NCBI GenBank assembly: GCA_037308085.1
Contig: CP147779.1
Span: forward strand, 1,536,001-1,600,000
Reading direction: 5' to 3'
DNA length: 64,000 nt
Origin: Promethearchaeati archaeon SRVP18_Atabeyarchaeia-1
GTDB taxonomy: Archaea > Asgardarchaeota > Atabeyarchaeia > Atabeyarchaeales > Atabeyarchaeaceae
The position numbers and the translations under genes were made by a program. This document shows, one piece after another, positions 42,364 to 52,780 of this stretch. The stretch's first letter is position 1, and every line of letters begins with the position of its first letter. The notes below the pieces were generated by a model, which was not told the DNA's origin, made no database searches, and worked only from the letters and a program-made list of their open reading frames with translations.

Positions 42364-42584
42364 TCTTGAATTTCAGCTCCTTATTTTTGGCGACTTAAAA
42401 ACCTGTGAAACAAAACGGCTGTCGACACTTGAAGAATAAACGCTATCACGACCACGAATGTTGATGGGTCCCAAATGACAGGACTGCAATTCCCAATGCT
42501 GTGGGCAGGTTCTTCATGCCAGAAGCGTAAGTCACTGAAATACCCTTTGCTCTATTGAAAATCTCTTTTCGGCGCGCATGGGCT

Positions 42585-42854
42585 CTATTCTTCTGCTTCA
42601 CTACGGATGGCATCTTCTAGCTTTTGTGCGTTGAACGTGAACTCGGTCATCTTGATGCCTCCGTTAACGACTACAGCCTTGGTTGACGTCAGACCATATT
42701 TCAAGGCTTCGTCGGAGAAAGCTTGCTTAACTTGGAAGTCAACCTGGCCCCTGAATTTCAAGACAACACTCCAGACCTTATCCATGAAGCTCTGCCAAGA
42801 ACACGCGCAGGCCCCAGTGGGAACAAACACTTCGACCCTGACCTTCTTATCCAT
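42585..42854 (-). CDS. Small thioredoxin-fold protein with CxC motif
   Basis: VEVFVPTGACACS...KYG.....VVVNG. Confidence 0.65.
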   Translation of the reverse strand: MDKKVRVEVFVPTGACACSWQSFMDKVWSVVLKFRGQVDFQVKQAFSDEALKYGLTSTKAVVVNGGIKMTEFTFNAQKLEDAIRSEAEE

Positions 42855-42911
42855 AGTTTACTACCTTCCATATCCATCCTTTGCTGTCTACGGTTCTATC
42901 AATCAGGAGAC

Positions 42912-42973
42912 ACATATTTAAGTTTATAAATATGTTTGGGTCACAAAATACATATTCAGATAGATGAATATGT
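42912..42973. promoter_or_regulatory. Two tandem inverted-repeat operators ACATATTYA-N6-TRAATATGT
   Basis: Perfect 9-6-9 IRs at 42912-42935 and 42950-42973 in the divergent promoter. Confidence 0.8.
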
Positions 42974-43048
42974 TCTTGCTTATGGAAATTAATTCAAACT
43001 AGATGCTTTGCATGCAACAAAGTAAGAGAAAAGAGGGATTGAGCTAAT

Positions 43049-43471
43049 TTGAGCGAGGAAGGCAAAGTTGTCGTCTTGGCCTGTAGTGGCATAGGTAAGG
43101 TTCTGGGGTCGATCACTCGCTTGGTCCTCTACCACATAATAGATGAAATGAGGAGGCAGAACACGACCACGACTTGTCTGCCACTGGTTGCGCTCAAGGA
43201 CAAAGAAGCCGTTGCGCTCGTCAGTAACCATCCATGCATAACTATTGACGGCTGCCCTAACAAATGTGCGAAGGTTTCTGCTGAGAACGCTGGTGCGACC
43301 GCGGTAAAGGCTTTCACTGTGGCCGAGTTCATGCGGAAGTTCAAAGACCTGAAGCCTTCAGCCGCTTCAGTGCTGGAGCCCGGACAAGGTGGAAGGGCAC
43401 TCGCGCGCAAGATTGCTGAACAAATAAGTCTGGAAGTCGACGAGCTATCAAACGAGAATGTCCGGTTTTGA
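43049..43471 (+). CDS. DGC-domain putative Zn-binding protein
   Basis: ACSG, CLP, IDGC...CA. Confidence 0.85.
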   Translation: MSEEGKVVVLACSGIGKVLGSITRLVLYHIIDEMRRQNTTTTCLPLVALKDKEAVALVSNHPCITIDGCPNKCAKVSAENAGATAVKAFTVAEFMRKFKDLKPSAASVLEPGQGGRALARKIAEQISLEVDELSNENVRF

Positions 43472-43937
43472 GGAGGTCCCACGGTTGAGTGAGCATGGCG
43501 ATTGGATGCGCAATAAGGTTGGCGTGGTAACGTGCAGCGGAGAAGAAATCTCCGAGGGAATGGTCTCTAGAGTAGCTGCGAGAAAAGTCCTTGAAGAGCT
43601 CGAACCTAATGACACTATGACGATATGTATTCCTCTTTACTTGGCGGGAGGCGAGGAGGAGAGAAGCTTTGTAACAAAGTCCCCAACAGTCACAATTGAT
43701 GGTTGTGATAAGCTCTGTGCGAAAAGGAGTGTTGAGAAGGTTGGGGGTCGACCCATAGCGGCGGTTGTGGTTACTGACTTCATGAAGAGAGAACACGTCA
43801 AACTCAAGACAGAGTCGCGAAGGGAACTTGAGCCAAAGGGTGCAGAACTGGCAAACACCATTGCTTCCAAGGTCGCTGCCATTATCGAGGATTACGTGAA
43901 GGCTCAAGGCAGAGTGACTGGAAGAAGGGAGGGGTAG
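43458..43937 (+). CDS. DGC-domain putative Zn-binding protein (paralogue)
   Basis: TCSG, CIP, IDGCDKLCA. Confidence 0.85.
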   Translation: MSGFEEVPRLSEHGDWMRNKVGVVTCSGEEISEGMVSRVAARKVLEELEPNDTMTICIPLYLAGGEEERSFVTKSPTVTIDGCDKLCAKRSVEKVGGRPIAAVVVTDFMKREHVKLKTESRRELEPKGAELANTIASKVAAIIEDYVKAQGRVTGRREG

Positions 43938-43941
43938 GAAC

Positions 43942-44397
43942 ATGGAGTTTCTTGAATTTACTATTGACAAATTCATCTTCAGAGTGGTCAAAGGCAACAA
44001 GTACTCTCAAGATGATGTCTGGCTTGCTAGTGCGGGTGAGAGAAGGTGGAGGATCGGGATAACTGACTTCCTTCAGAAAACGAGTGGCGACGCAGTAATT
44101 GCACAATTGCCAGATTTGGGCAGGACCTTTCAGAGGGGTAGCGAGGTGGCGCAGTTTGAAACTGTTAAGACTATCATCTCAGTTCCTATGCCCGTCACCG
44201 GCAAAGTTGTCGAAAGAAATGACAGGATTCTTGATGAGCCTGGGCTCTTGAACAGCGATCCGTATGGTAAAGGCTGGATAGTCACAGTTGAAGCGAGTAA
44301 CGTAGAGAAAGAGTTCAAGCACTTGCTCTCTGACAGCTCCTATTTTGAGTTAATGAAGAAAAAGGTCAGCGAGGTTCAATCCAAGCCGAGAAAGTAA
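43942..44397 (+). CDS. gcvH: Glycine cleavage H-like lipoyl carrier
   Basis: IGITDF.Q...GD, ETVK (lipoyl Lys), N.DPYG.GW. Confidence 0.88.
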   Translation: MEFLEFTIDKFIFRVVKGNKYSQDDVWLASAGERRWRIGITDFLQKTSGDAVIAQLPDLGRTFQRGSEVAQFETVKTIISVPMPVTGKVVERNDRILDEPGLLNSDPYGKGWIVTVEASNVEKEFKHLLSDSSYFELMKKKVSEVQSKPRK

Positions 44398-44472
44398 ACA
44401 TGTCAATATAACATTGTCTCTTGGATCATCGTGTCTATTCCAGAGCCAGATATGTAGGGGTGGTGTTAGTTC

Positions 44473-44898
44473 TTGCCAGTCTACAGAACTAAGGTAACTT
44501 GGTTGGGCGGGAATACTGGTAGCCTTGAGTGTGGGAATGGCACCCGAATGGATTTTAGCGCTCCTCCAAGCCTCCACGGCAAACATGGGGTGATGACTCC
44601 GGAGGATGGTTTCGTGGCTTCGCTGAACATGTGCGTGCACATGATGTTTATTTGGGTCGCAGAGAGGATGAAGATAGAACTTCTGTCTTATGAGTGTGAA
44701 GCGGAGGGGACAGTTCAGGACAGACTTGATAGGACATCCGTCTTTACGAAGCTGATTTTGAGACCAAGAATAGTAGTTAGGATGGCGACAGAAGAGAAGG
44801 TCAAACAGGCGATGCAGCTAGCGAGGAAATTCAGTCTAGTGGCAGAATCAATAAGACCTGAGGTAGTCATTGAGCCCGAGGTAACAATTAAGCGTTAA
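44473..44898 (+). CDS. OsmC-family protein
   Basis: APP...G.....TPED..VASL..C; second Cys apparently replaced (FSLV). Confidence 0.8.
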   Translation: MPVYRTKVTWLGGNTGSLECGNGTRMDFSAPPSLHGKHGVMTPEDGFVASLNMCVHMMFIWVAERMKIELLSYECEAEGTVQDRLDRTSVFTKLILRPRIVVRMATEEKVKQAMQLARKFSLVAESIRPEVVIEPEVTIKR

Positions 44899-45103
44899 CA
44901 CTCCTCTCACCGTATTAACCAGAGTCGCACCTGCTATATATGTGAAGGTCATCTATACGAGCCAGTAGAAGCAGGAGTCTTTGGTGTCTTTGCCTTGGTT
45001 ACGCCCGCTATTTGCGCATCATACCCAAATTTCGTTATTGTGGTGGTCAGCGGATGCGTCAAGTACGAACCTAAGAAGTTCTGAAGAAAACCAATATGGC
45101 GTG

Positions 45104-45820
45104 TTACCCTGTTCCTCTTCTTATCATCTCTGCATACTCGTGTGGTAACTCTGAAGCCTCGATGGCGCTCGTCATTCTTTCCACATCATATTGAACTCTC
45201 CTAAAACCTATGCTCAACTCTTCAGCTGGAGTCAAGAGAGCGTAAGTTGCCCTTGGGTCACCATCCTTGGGCTTTCCGAGACTTCCGACGTTTACGACAT
45301 GCTTATCGTCTATCACCTTGTGGTAGGGCAGATGCGTATGTCCACACACGAGGAGATTGCATCCTCCTGCCTGCAGGAGGCGATTGAAGGTCTTCGCTGG
45401 TCTGTCCTCGTATAGGTACTCATTAATCCTTCTGGGGCTACCATGAGTGAGAAGGATCTCGAATGCCTCTTGGCTGAAGCGTAGCTCGCGCGGCAGGGTC
45501 CTCAGGAATTCCTTGTTCTCCCTTGTGACGTGGGTCTTCGTCCAATCTAGGGAGCGGTGACCGAGCAATCTCTGCGTTTCGTCTGTATAAGCGCACCCAC
45601 AGTCGTCTCTCTCAAAGCCGACACCTTCATCATAGTTGCCCATCACACCTGCGATTCCCTTGCTCCTTATGCTGCTTATCACTTCATTTGGAAAGGGGCC
45701 GTATCCAACAAGGTCCCCACAGTGGAGGATCTTGTCAGCGCCTTGCTCTTCAATGTCAAGGAGAACCGACTCAAGGGCGGGAAGGTTGCTGTGAACATCG
45801 GAGAAAATCGCGTACTTCAT
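45104..45820 (-). CDS. Metallophosphoesterase (calcineurin-like; ars-operon-associated type)
   Basis: SDVHSN, GDLVGYG, GNYD, DCGCAY, HGSPR, GHTH. Confidence 0.9.
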   Translation of the reverse strand: MKYAIFSDVHSNLPALESVLLDIEEQGADKILHCGDLVGYGPFPNEVISSIRSKGIAGVMGNYDEGVGFERDDCGCAYTDETQRLLGHRSLDWTKTHVTRENKEFLRTLPRELRFSQEAFEILLTHGSPRRINEYLYEDRPAKTFNRLLQAGGCNLLVCGHTHLPYHKVIDDKHVVNVGSLGKPKDGDPRATYALLTPAEELSIGFRRVQYDVERMTSAIEASELPHEYAEMIRRGTG

Positions 45821-45844
45821 GGGGGGTGACCATCTCGAGTTTCT

Positions 45845-46234
45845 CTACTTCAGCGATTCCAGTTTCTTCATGGTCTCAACAATCTTTGGGTTTGCAAGGG
45901 AATAGTAAGCCCACTTCCCTTCTTTCCTTCTTTCTAGCAAACCCTCCTTCTCCAACAGCACTAGGTGGTGAGACGCAGTTGGTTGTGTCATGTCCAATGC
46001 AGCCATTATCTCGCAAACGCACATCCTGCGAACCATTAATAACTTCAATATTCTAATTCTGCTGTCGTCACTTAGAGCTTTGAAGAGCCGGCTTTCTCTG
46101 ATGGCTAAATCCTTGTTCGCTACCTTGGCAGCCAACTCCTTCAACTCATTCGCGTATCTGGAAGCATCTTTGCCCTGGCAATAGGGCGAAGCAACCAACC
46201 TAACCAGTCTCCTGTCAGAATGACTCTTCGACAT
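45845..46234 (-). CDS. arsR: ArsR repressor
   Basis: FKALSD..RIRIL, MCVCEI (alpha3 As(III) site), SHHL..L...GL. Confidence 0.9.
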   Translation of the reverse strand: MSKSHSDRRLVRLVASPYCQGKDASRYANELKELAAKVANKDLAIRESRLFKALSDDSRIRILKLLMVRRMCVCEIMAALDMTQPTASHHLVLLEKEGLLERRKEGKWAYYSLANPKIVETMKKLESLK

Positions 46235-46253
46235 GTTCTCATCCACTGCTAGT

Positions 46254-46277
46254 TCATATCTGCGAGACCAAATATGT
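46254..46277. promoter_or_regulatory. Operator copy upstream of arsR
   Basis: TCATATCTG-CGAGAC-CAAATATGT. Confidence 0.65.
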
Positions 46278-46487
46278 ATTTTGCCGGAAGGCAACTTCAG
46301 CCGCTTGAGCTATTGAAGCACCTTGACCCCATAAAGATCTGTGAAACGGCCAGCGCCGCGTTCCCCCCTATTTCTGTCGGTGACGGTCTGCCCCTCCTCT
46401 GAGCATTGTTCCAAACCAGTATCTATGTTAATCTCTTGTCGCTTCTGTGCCGATCATAATAAGATATATATGTCACTTCTTGCGGAT

Positions 46488-46519
46488 TCATATTAATAAA
46501 TCTAAATACGTAAATATGA
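46488..46519. promoter_or_regulatory. Operator copy (or copies) upstream of acr3
   Basis: TCATATTAA-TAAATC-TAAATACGT, plus an overlapping TAAATATGA half-site. Confidence 0.6.
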
Positions 46520-46531
46520 ACCTAGATAGCG

Positions 46532-47620
46532 GTGTGGAACATGCCTGAGAAATCCTTGAAGAAACTTTCGCTGATCGATAGGTTACTTCCGATCTGGATT
46601 TTTCTTGCGATGGCTATCGGCGTGGGAGCAGGGTGGGCATTCCCACAGATTGCGACGATTTTTAACATGCTCCAGATAGGAACGGTTTCGCTTCCCATTG
46701 CGATCGGATTGCTGTGGATGATGTATCCTCCCCTTGCTAAGGTGAAGTATGAGGAGCTCGGGAAGATTAAGGGTGCGAAGAAAATGTTTGGAGTGTCGCT
46801 CTTCCTAAACTGGGTAATTGGACCTTTCCTCATGTTTTCGCTGGCCTGGCTCTTTCTGCCTGATCTGCCTGATTATAGGGTTGGTATCATCATAGTTGGG
46901 TTGGCTAGATGCATTGCGATGGTCTTGATATGGAACCTGCTTGCAGGCGGTGATAGTGAGTATGCCGCTGTCTTGGTTGCTCTCAATTCGATCTTCCAGA
47001 TGGTGTTCTACTCGATCTACGCCTACTTCTTCGTGACCTTGCTCTCCTCTTGGGTAAGCGGGTCTGCGGGCATGGTCGTGAATATCTCGGTTTGGAGTAT
47101 CGCGCAGAGCGTTTTGATCTTTCTCGGTCTTCCTTTCGCCGCCGGAATAATCACTAGGTTCACGTTGATCCACAGAAAGGGGAAGGTATGGTATGAAGAG
47201 AAATTCATTCCGAGGCTGAGCCCCACCGCAATCATCGGCCTCCTCTTCACAATAGTCGTAATGTTCTCCATGAAAGGTGAGTACATATTGAATTTGCCTT
47301 TTGATGTGCTCAGGGTTGCCGTCCCTCTGGCGTTGTATTTTCTGATAATGTTTTTCACTTCTTTTCTCCTGTCTTGGCGCTTGAGGTTCAGTTATCCTGA
47401 AACGGCGACGCTCTCCTTTACCGCTGCGAGCAACAACTTTGAGCTTGCGATAGCTGTAGCTGTCGGGGTGTTCGGGATAAACTCGGGGCAGGCTTTCGCC
47501 GCAGTCATAGGGCCTCTAATCGAAGTTCCGGTGCTTATCGGCCTAGTCTACGTTTCACTCTGGCTAAAGACCAAGATGTTCGCCAAGGCGAGAAGATCTG
47601 GGATGAGTGGCAAGACCTAA
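46532..47620 (+). CDS. acr3: Acr3 arsenite efflux transporter
   Basis: [36 protein letters not shown]. Confidence 0.95.
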   Translation: MWNMPEKSLKKLSLIDRLLPIWIFLAMAIGVGAGWAFPQIATIFNMLQIGTVSLPIAIGLLWMMYPPLAKVKYEELGKIKGAKKMFGVSLFLNWVIGPFLMFSLAWLFLPDLPDYRVGIIIVGLARCIAMVLIWNLLAGGDSEYAAVLVALNSIFQMVFYSIYAYFFVTLLSSWVSGSAGMVVNISVWSIAQSVLIFLGLPFAAGIITRFTLIHRKGKVWYEEKFIPRLSPTAIIGLLFTIVVMFSMKGEYILNLPFDVLRVAVPLALYFLIMFFTSFLLSWRLRFSYPETATLSFTAASNNFELAIAVAVGVFGINSGQAFAAVIGPLIEVPVLIGLVYVSLWLKTKMFAKARRSGMSGKT

Positions 47621-47901
47621 GAGCGATGCTGCAAGCCTGAAAGCCAACGGTAGCTTAGTCTGAATCTGAAGGACGGAACGGGTGGGAGAGGCAAGGACGC
47701 TCAACTTCAGCGAGGACTCCGTCGAAAGACTCAAAGACTCGCCGGTGAAAAGCGCGCGCTCCGTTTCTGGAAAACTCTGAATATGTGAGAGTGTCTAACA
47801 AGTTTTCCTCAATGAAGAAAGAAAGAGTGAGTGGCTTTTAGGTTCACACTTCCGTAACCCTAATCCTTTCTGGTAGGTAGCGCGCGCTATGAGGGCTAAA
47901 T

Positions 47902-49095
47902 CTAATCGTGTAGAGTAATAGCGACTGGTATCAAAAGGATGAATGCTGCGCCAGTAAAAAGGAAGGTCATATTGATGCTCATGAACCCCATTAGCACACC
48001 AGCCATCAATGGGCCAAGCGTATAGCCTACGTCTTTGAATGCGGCTATCGCCCCAGTCATGGCCACCTTGTTTTCCCCGAGCGTATCAGACATCCTCGAG
48101 TATAACACTATGAAGATCATGGTATAGCTTACTGTAAAAGCAGTCAAGATTGCCATCGTATAGTATATGCTACTCGCGAAAGGTATTATGCTGCTTGGCA
48201 ACGGTATCAGGATCGCAGTGACGGTTGTGAATACTGTCGCCACTATCAGCGTCCTGCGTACGCCAAATCTGTCCACCGCGTTTCCCATCGGTACTTCGAG
48301 AGCAACGGCAGGCAAGAGAGCCACCGTAAGTAATGTACCGATTGTAGGAATAGGGATTCCTTCACTGTAGAGGAGTACCGATAGGAATGAGTAATAAACG
48401 TTGATCAAAGCATAGAACACGACTGTTAGAAAAATAGTCTTTATGAATCGTCTATTACGCATATACTTGAATAGTGTCGCGGTTTGACGACTCGAATGTG
48501 CTCTCTGAGATCTAGGTATATTCTTCAAGAAGATTGAGATCACAAGGAATGCGGTAAAGCTTGTTAGACTAAGCAAATAGAACGGTAGTGAGAATGAAAT
48601 GATAGTGACGAGGCCTCCTATGATGGGGAATATGGCTGAGGCTAGATCATTCATGTCGGAGAAGAATCCGGTTTCCTTTCCCTTTACCTCCTTTTCGGCA
48701 TAGCTGAAGATGTAAGCCCACGAAGTTAGCCAGAGGAAAGATGATGCAACTCCCCTAGTGACACTTACCAGCAGTAGTGGCAGGAAGGAATTTGCCACAG
48801 TATACAGTAATGCAAGGATGGAGTAAACGAGTAACACCACTTGGAGAACTCGTTTCATATTTATCCTGTTCTCTGCGAGACCGACGGGTATATTGAGGAA
48901 TATTCCCATCATTGTTGTCAGTGAAAGAATAACGCCAGTCATGAACAGATCTCCAGTCACGTTCTGTATATATATCGAGAAAACTGGTGAGGCAATTCCC
49001 CAACCGCCAGTGTAGACAAAAAACGCGACCGAGACTGGCAATATTACCCTTTTGAAATTGGTGATATGCCGTAACTCGCTGAACTCCTTGAACAT
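47902..49095 (-). CDS. MFS transporter
   Basis: About 12 TM helices; DRFGVRR; GYTLGP. Confidence 0.85.
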   Translation of the reverse strand: MFKEFSELRHITNFKRVILPVSVAFFVYTGGWGIASPVFSIYIQNVTGDLFMTGVILSLTTMMGIFLNIPVGLAENRINMKRVLQVVLLVYSILALLYTVANSFLPLLLVSVTRGVASSFLWLTSWAYIFSYAEKEVKGKETGFFSDMNDLASAIFPIIGGLVTIISFSLPFYLLSLTSFTAFLVISIFLKNIPRSQRAHSSRQTATLFKYMRNRRFIKTIFLTVVFYALINVYYSFLSVLLYSEGIPIPTIGTLLTVALLPAVALEVPMGNAVDRFGVRRTLIVATVFTTVTAILIPLPSSIIPFASSIYYTMAILTAFTVSYTMIFIVLYSRMSDTLGENKVAMTGAIAAFKDVGYTLGPLMAGVLMGFMSINMTFLFTGAAFILLIPVAITLHD

Positions 49096-49553
49096 ATGAA
49101 ACACCGAGACAGCTTGGTAGGTAACGTGTGCACATAAATATTGCTTTTCGAAATTCGCCTCTCTGTATCTAGCCAGCAAAATAACGAGAAGAACCAAGGA
49201 GTCGCATAACTGCTCAGTTCTGCACAATGTCTACTTGAGTGCCTTTTGCTGAGTGCAGATGCCATTGCCTATCCCAAGAACCCCGTATATGAGGCTAGTT
49301 GCGGGAAACTGCGTATGGACAGAGAGCGCACCAGCGAAAGACTCCAACACTCAACGGTATTTGAGTCTAGTTCTGCCGGCATCCTCTTTTAGCGCGCGCT
49401 GCGCAGATTGCAGTGAAAGCTGGAATCGACTCAACAAAATGAAGTCTAGTATACTGAATGCAACTTATGGCAACTTGAAGAAACCTCTACCATTTTGCAG
49501 TGTTCAGGATAGCCGCGGGGTCATGCTATGGTGGGCAAAGCCCATGATCTTAT

Positions 49554-50596
49554 CTAGGGTTTCGAACGATTCCCACGCGCGTTAAGAGAGTTCAATTTAT
49601 CTCTGAAGATTTTGAGAGACTCGTGATCTGTGAGCACGTAGACCAGATCTCCTTCCTCAAGCTGAAAGTCGTCTACCATATCAGTCATGCTCTCACCGTT
49701 TCTGTAGACAAGCAGGATAGGGCAGATTCCCATGATGTCTCTGTACTGGATTCCAGAGTTTCTTATTCTGAACTCGGCAACGTGCCTCGACTTCAAGTTG
49801 TCTGTAAGGAAGACACCAGCTACCTCCTTTGAACTGGAAGACAATGCAAGTATTTGCCCCGTAATCTCGGAAAACGGGATTACTATGTCAGCACCCGCAT
49901 CCCTCACACCTTTCACTAACTCTCTGTCGTTGACTATGGAGACAGTTCTAATGCTGTTATTGAGCTTCTTTGCCATCATAACTGTCAGCATGTTGTCACC
50001 GTCGTCTTCTAACGTGGATAGTAGGGTGGATGCTTTCTCAACGTTTGCATCCTTAAGCGCCTCATAAACGTTGGTTATAGGCGCGAACATACCTGGAATG
50101 TTACGGGACCTCAGAAGGTCGAGCTGGCTCTCGTCTCTGGCGATAACGATGTATTCGAGTTTGAGTGACTAATGCTCTCCACCACGTATTTCCCTAAGAA
50201 CATGTAACCAACCACGATTACGTGGTTCTCCATCCTCTTCGCCAGTTTCTGGCTCAGCTCCTCGGTCATAAGCCCCTTCTTAATGGTTGCGGAGACAGTT
50301 ACTTGAAGGAGAGACGCGGCTGAACCCACGGCTATGATGAAGACGAATATGAGTAGAACCTTTTCCGTGCTGACCATAGTAACTATGTTGGGCGCGTAGA
50401 TACCGATGGTCGTGATTGTAGAGATCGAGCCTAGAAGGGCGGTCAGAAAGTCTAGCCCCTGATAGTACATGAATATCAGCGCCCCAATCAAGAACATTGA
50501 GAAGAGTATAGTGAGTTGAATCCAGACGCGCTTAAGGATGTAGTACGGCGCGTAGACTGCGATGTCGAGCGTTCTTCTTAGCCTTTTCGCTTTCAA
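49554..50596 (-). pseudogene. K+ channel with RCK (TrkA-N/C) domains, split by one frameshift near 50165
   Basis: TITTIG pore helix, NHVIVVGY..LG; continues LKLEYIVIARD..AGAD.VI.P in another frame. Confidence 0.8.
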
Positions 50597-50949
50597 ATTC
50601 TCGCGTTTCCCGCTCGTTTCCTAGGGGTAGAATTCACGAATCTTTCAACGTGTTCCTGCGTCCACAATGCCCGTCCACTTTTCTTACGACCTTCAAACCT
50701 GCAGTTGCATTCAGAAACTCCGCGCAGCCGTACAAAGTTTTCCGGATAACCTTGGTCTTACCAATCGCACTTGGCTTCTATTATTCACTTCGATGTACTT
50801 CTTTCATGGATTCCTTTCGTCCATGGTCATGGGCAGCAGTCATCAGCGCTCGCGATCAGCAGTAGAATGGAATGGCACCAAGAGCGATGAGAGGAATTGC
50901 CAGAAAGGTGTAACGCTGGCGCGCGTTACGTGCTGCTTGTTCAGCTTGG

Positions 50950-51348
50950 TCAGGTGAGATTCTTCACTTGGTGTGCAAGGATTCCTCTATATCTCGAAGC
51001 ACATTTACGTTCTTCAGAGGAGGCTCTTCTTGCAGCCCACTCTAGAAGCGGAGTGATTGATTTCCTGAGTTCCGTTCCGTCGGTGGTAAGTGAGTATTCT
51101 ACACGGGGAGGTATCTCCGAAAAGGCTTCTCTCCTGATTATGCCTTCACCTTGAAGTCCTTTCAACGTGTCAGATAGGGTTTTGGGGCTGATGCCACCCA
51201 ACTCTTCCATGAGCCCATTGAACCTGAGCCTCCCATTATTGCCGATAGCGTTGACGACCAGGAGCGCCCACTTCTTGCCTATAACATCTATGACGCCTTC
51301 AAGAGGGCAGAGGCATACATGATCACCATTTTCACACATACTAATCAC
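50950..51348 (-). CDS. HxlR-family regulator
   Basis: CP....DVIGKKW, ISPKTLS..LK.L, PPRVEYSLT. Confidence 0.9.
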   Translation of the reverse strand: MISMCENGDHVCLCPLEGVIDVIGKKWALLVVNAIGNNGRLRFNGLMEELGGISPKTLSDTLKGLQGEGIIRREAFSEIPPRVEYSLTTDGTELRKSITPLLEWAARRASSEERKCASRYRGILAHQVKNLT

Positions 51349-51444
51349 TTACTCTGTGCATAGTCACTGTCTTGCTATAAACTTGGTAGTATAAATACTT
51401 CACTTTTGATATTGTTAACCTCATAGAAATGAGGTGAACAAAAA

Positions 51445-51630
51445 ATGTGTTGCCGTTGCAATTGTGAACAGCATCATCATGAGGAAGGACGAGAAGATGA
51501 ATACGGCCTATGCCACACAAGGCGTTTCCTAACTAAAGCAGAGAAGACTGAGAAAATGAAGGGCTATGCAGAGGAGCTAAGGAAGGAACTTGCAGCAGTC
51601 GAAGAGCACATCAAAGAATTGGAAAGCTAA
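51445..51630 (+). CDS. Small Cys/His-rich coiled-coil protein (DUF5320-like)
   Basis: MCCRCNC..HHH, RRFLTK.E, coiled coil; GAGGTGA RBS; divergent from HxlR. Confidence 0.7.
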   Translation: MCCRCNCEQHHHEEGREDEYGLCHTRRFLTKAEKTEKMKGYAEELRKELAAVEEHIKELES

Positions 51631-51844
51631 GGGTAGTCGCGAAATAGACGTCCAAGAACTGCGTTCCCCCTTTCCAATCGCGGGATCATAGTCAAGAACT
51701 GCTTACCTAAAGAAAGAACCAAGTCAGAGAAGGAACCCCCATTTGGGAAACAATGAGTCAGACTGAGACCGGGGAGCGCACAAACCTGCTAGGATGAGGC
51801 TTTGGATTGCAGATAGCTTCTGAGAACGAAAGGAGACTGGAAAT

Positions 51845-52774
51845 ATGACTGCGGAAGACGCCATTGAAGTCTCAAATCTAACCAAACACTATGATAACCT
51901 ACTGGCGGTCGATCACATAAGCTTCGAGGTTAGGAAGGGAGAGATCTTTGGCTTCTTGGGTCCCAATGGTGCTGGCAAGACAACTACGATTAGAATGCTC
52001 ACTGGTATCATCAAACCTGATGACGGCGCGGCTTCGATCTTGGGCCATGACATTCTGAGAGAGGGGCTCAAGAGTAGACAAGTAACAGGGGTCGTTCCAG
52101 AAATGGCGAATGCCTACATTGACCTCTCAGCCTGGGGAAACCTGACACTGATGGGCGAGTTATATGGAGTACCCAGGAGGCAGAGAGAGAAGAGCGCCTC
52201 TGCGCTCCTGAGAAAAGTCAGGCTATATGATCGAAGGAATAGCCTTGTAAGAGGATTCTCAAGAGGAATGAAGCAGAGGCTGCTATTGTGCATGGCACTC
52301 GTCAGTGAGCCACAAATTCTCTTCCTAGACGAACCCACGTCAGGTCTAGATGTCGAGAGCCAATGGTTGATAAAAGATATGATTCGTGAAATCAACAAAA
52401 GCGGAACAACTGTGTTCTTGACAACACATAACATGGAAGAAGCTAACCAGCTCTGCGATAGAATAGCAATCATCAATCACGGCAAGATCGCAGCGATCGA
52501 TACTCCAGAGAAGCTCCGCATGCAAAGCAGCGGATTGAACTCCGTCGAGGTAAGCTTCGAAAAGGCGATACAAGCTGAAGAATTGATGAAAATCGAAGGT
52601 GCAAGAGAGGTCAAAAAAACTGGGGATAAGATAAGACTGTACACAGATCAGCCAAGCATAGTACTCGAGAGGATTGTTGATTTTGCGCGCTCAAGGAGGC
52701 TCAAAATAGTCACCCTCAACACGTTAGGTCCCACTCTAGAAGACGTATTCCTAAGACTTGTGAAGGAAAGTTAA
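51845..52774 (+). CDS. ABC exporter ATP-binding subunit (DrrA-like)
   Basis: GPNGAGKTT, FSRGM, LDEPT. Confidence 0.93.
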   Translation: MTAEDAIEVSNLTKHYDNLLAVDHISFEVRKGEIFGFLGPNGAGKTTTIRMLTGIIKPDDGAASILGHDILREGLKSRQVTGVVPEMANAYIDLSAWGNLTLMGELYGVPRRQREKSASALLRKVRLYDRRNSLVRGFSRGMKQRLLLCMALVSEPQILFLDEPTSGLDVESQWLIKDMIREINKSGTTVFLTTHNMEEANQLCDRIAIINHGKIAAIDTPEKLRMQSSGLNSVEVSFEKAIQAEELMKIEGAREVKKTGDKIRLYTDQPSIVLERIVDFARSRRLKIVTLNTLGPTLEDVFLRLVKES

Positions 52775-52780
52775 GGGAGG

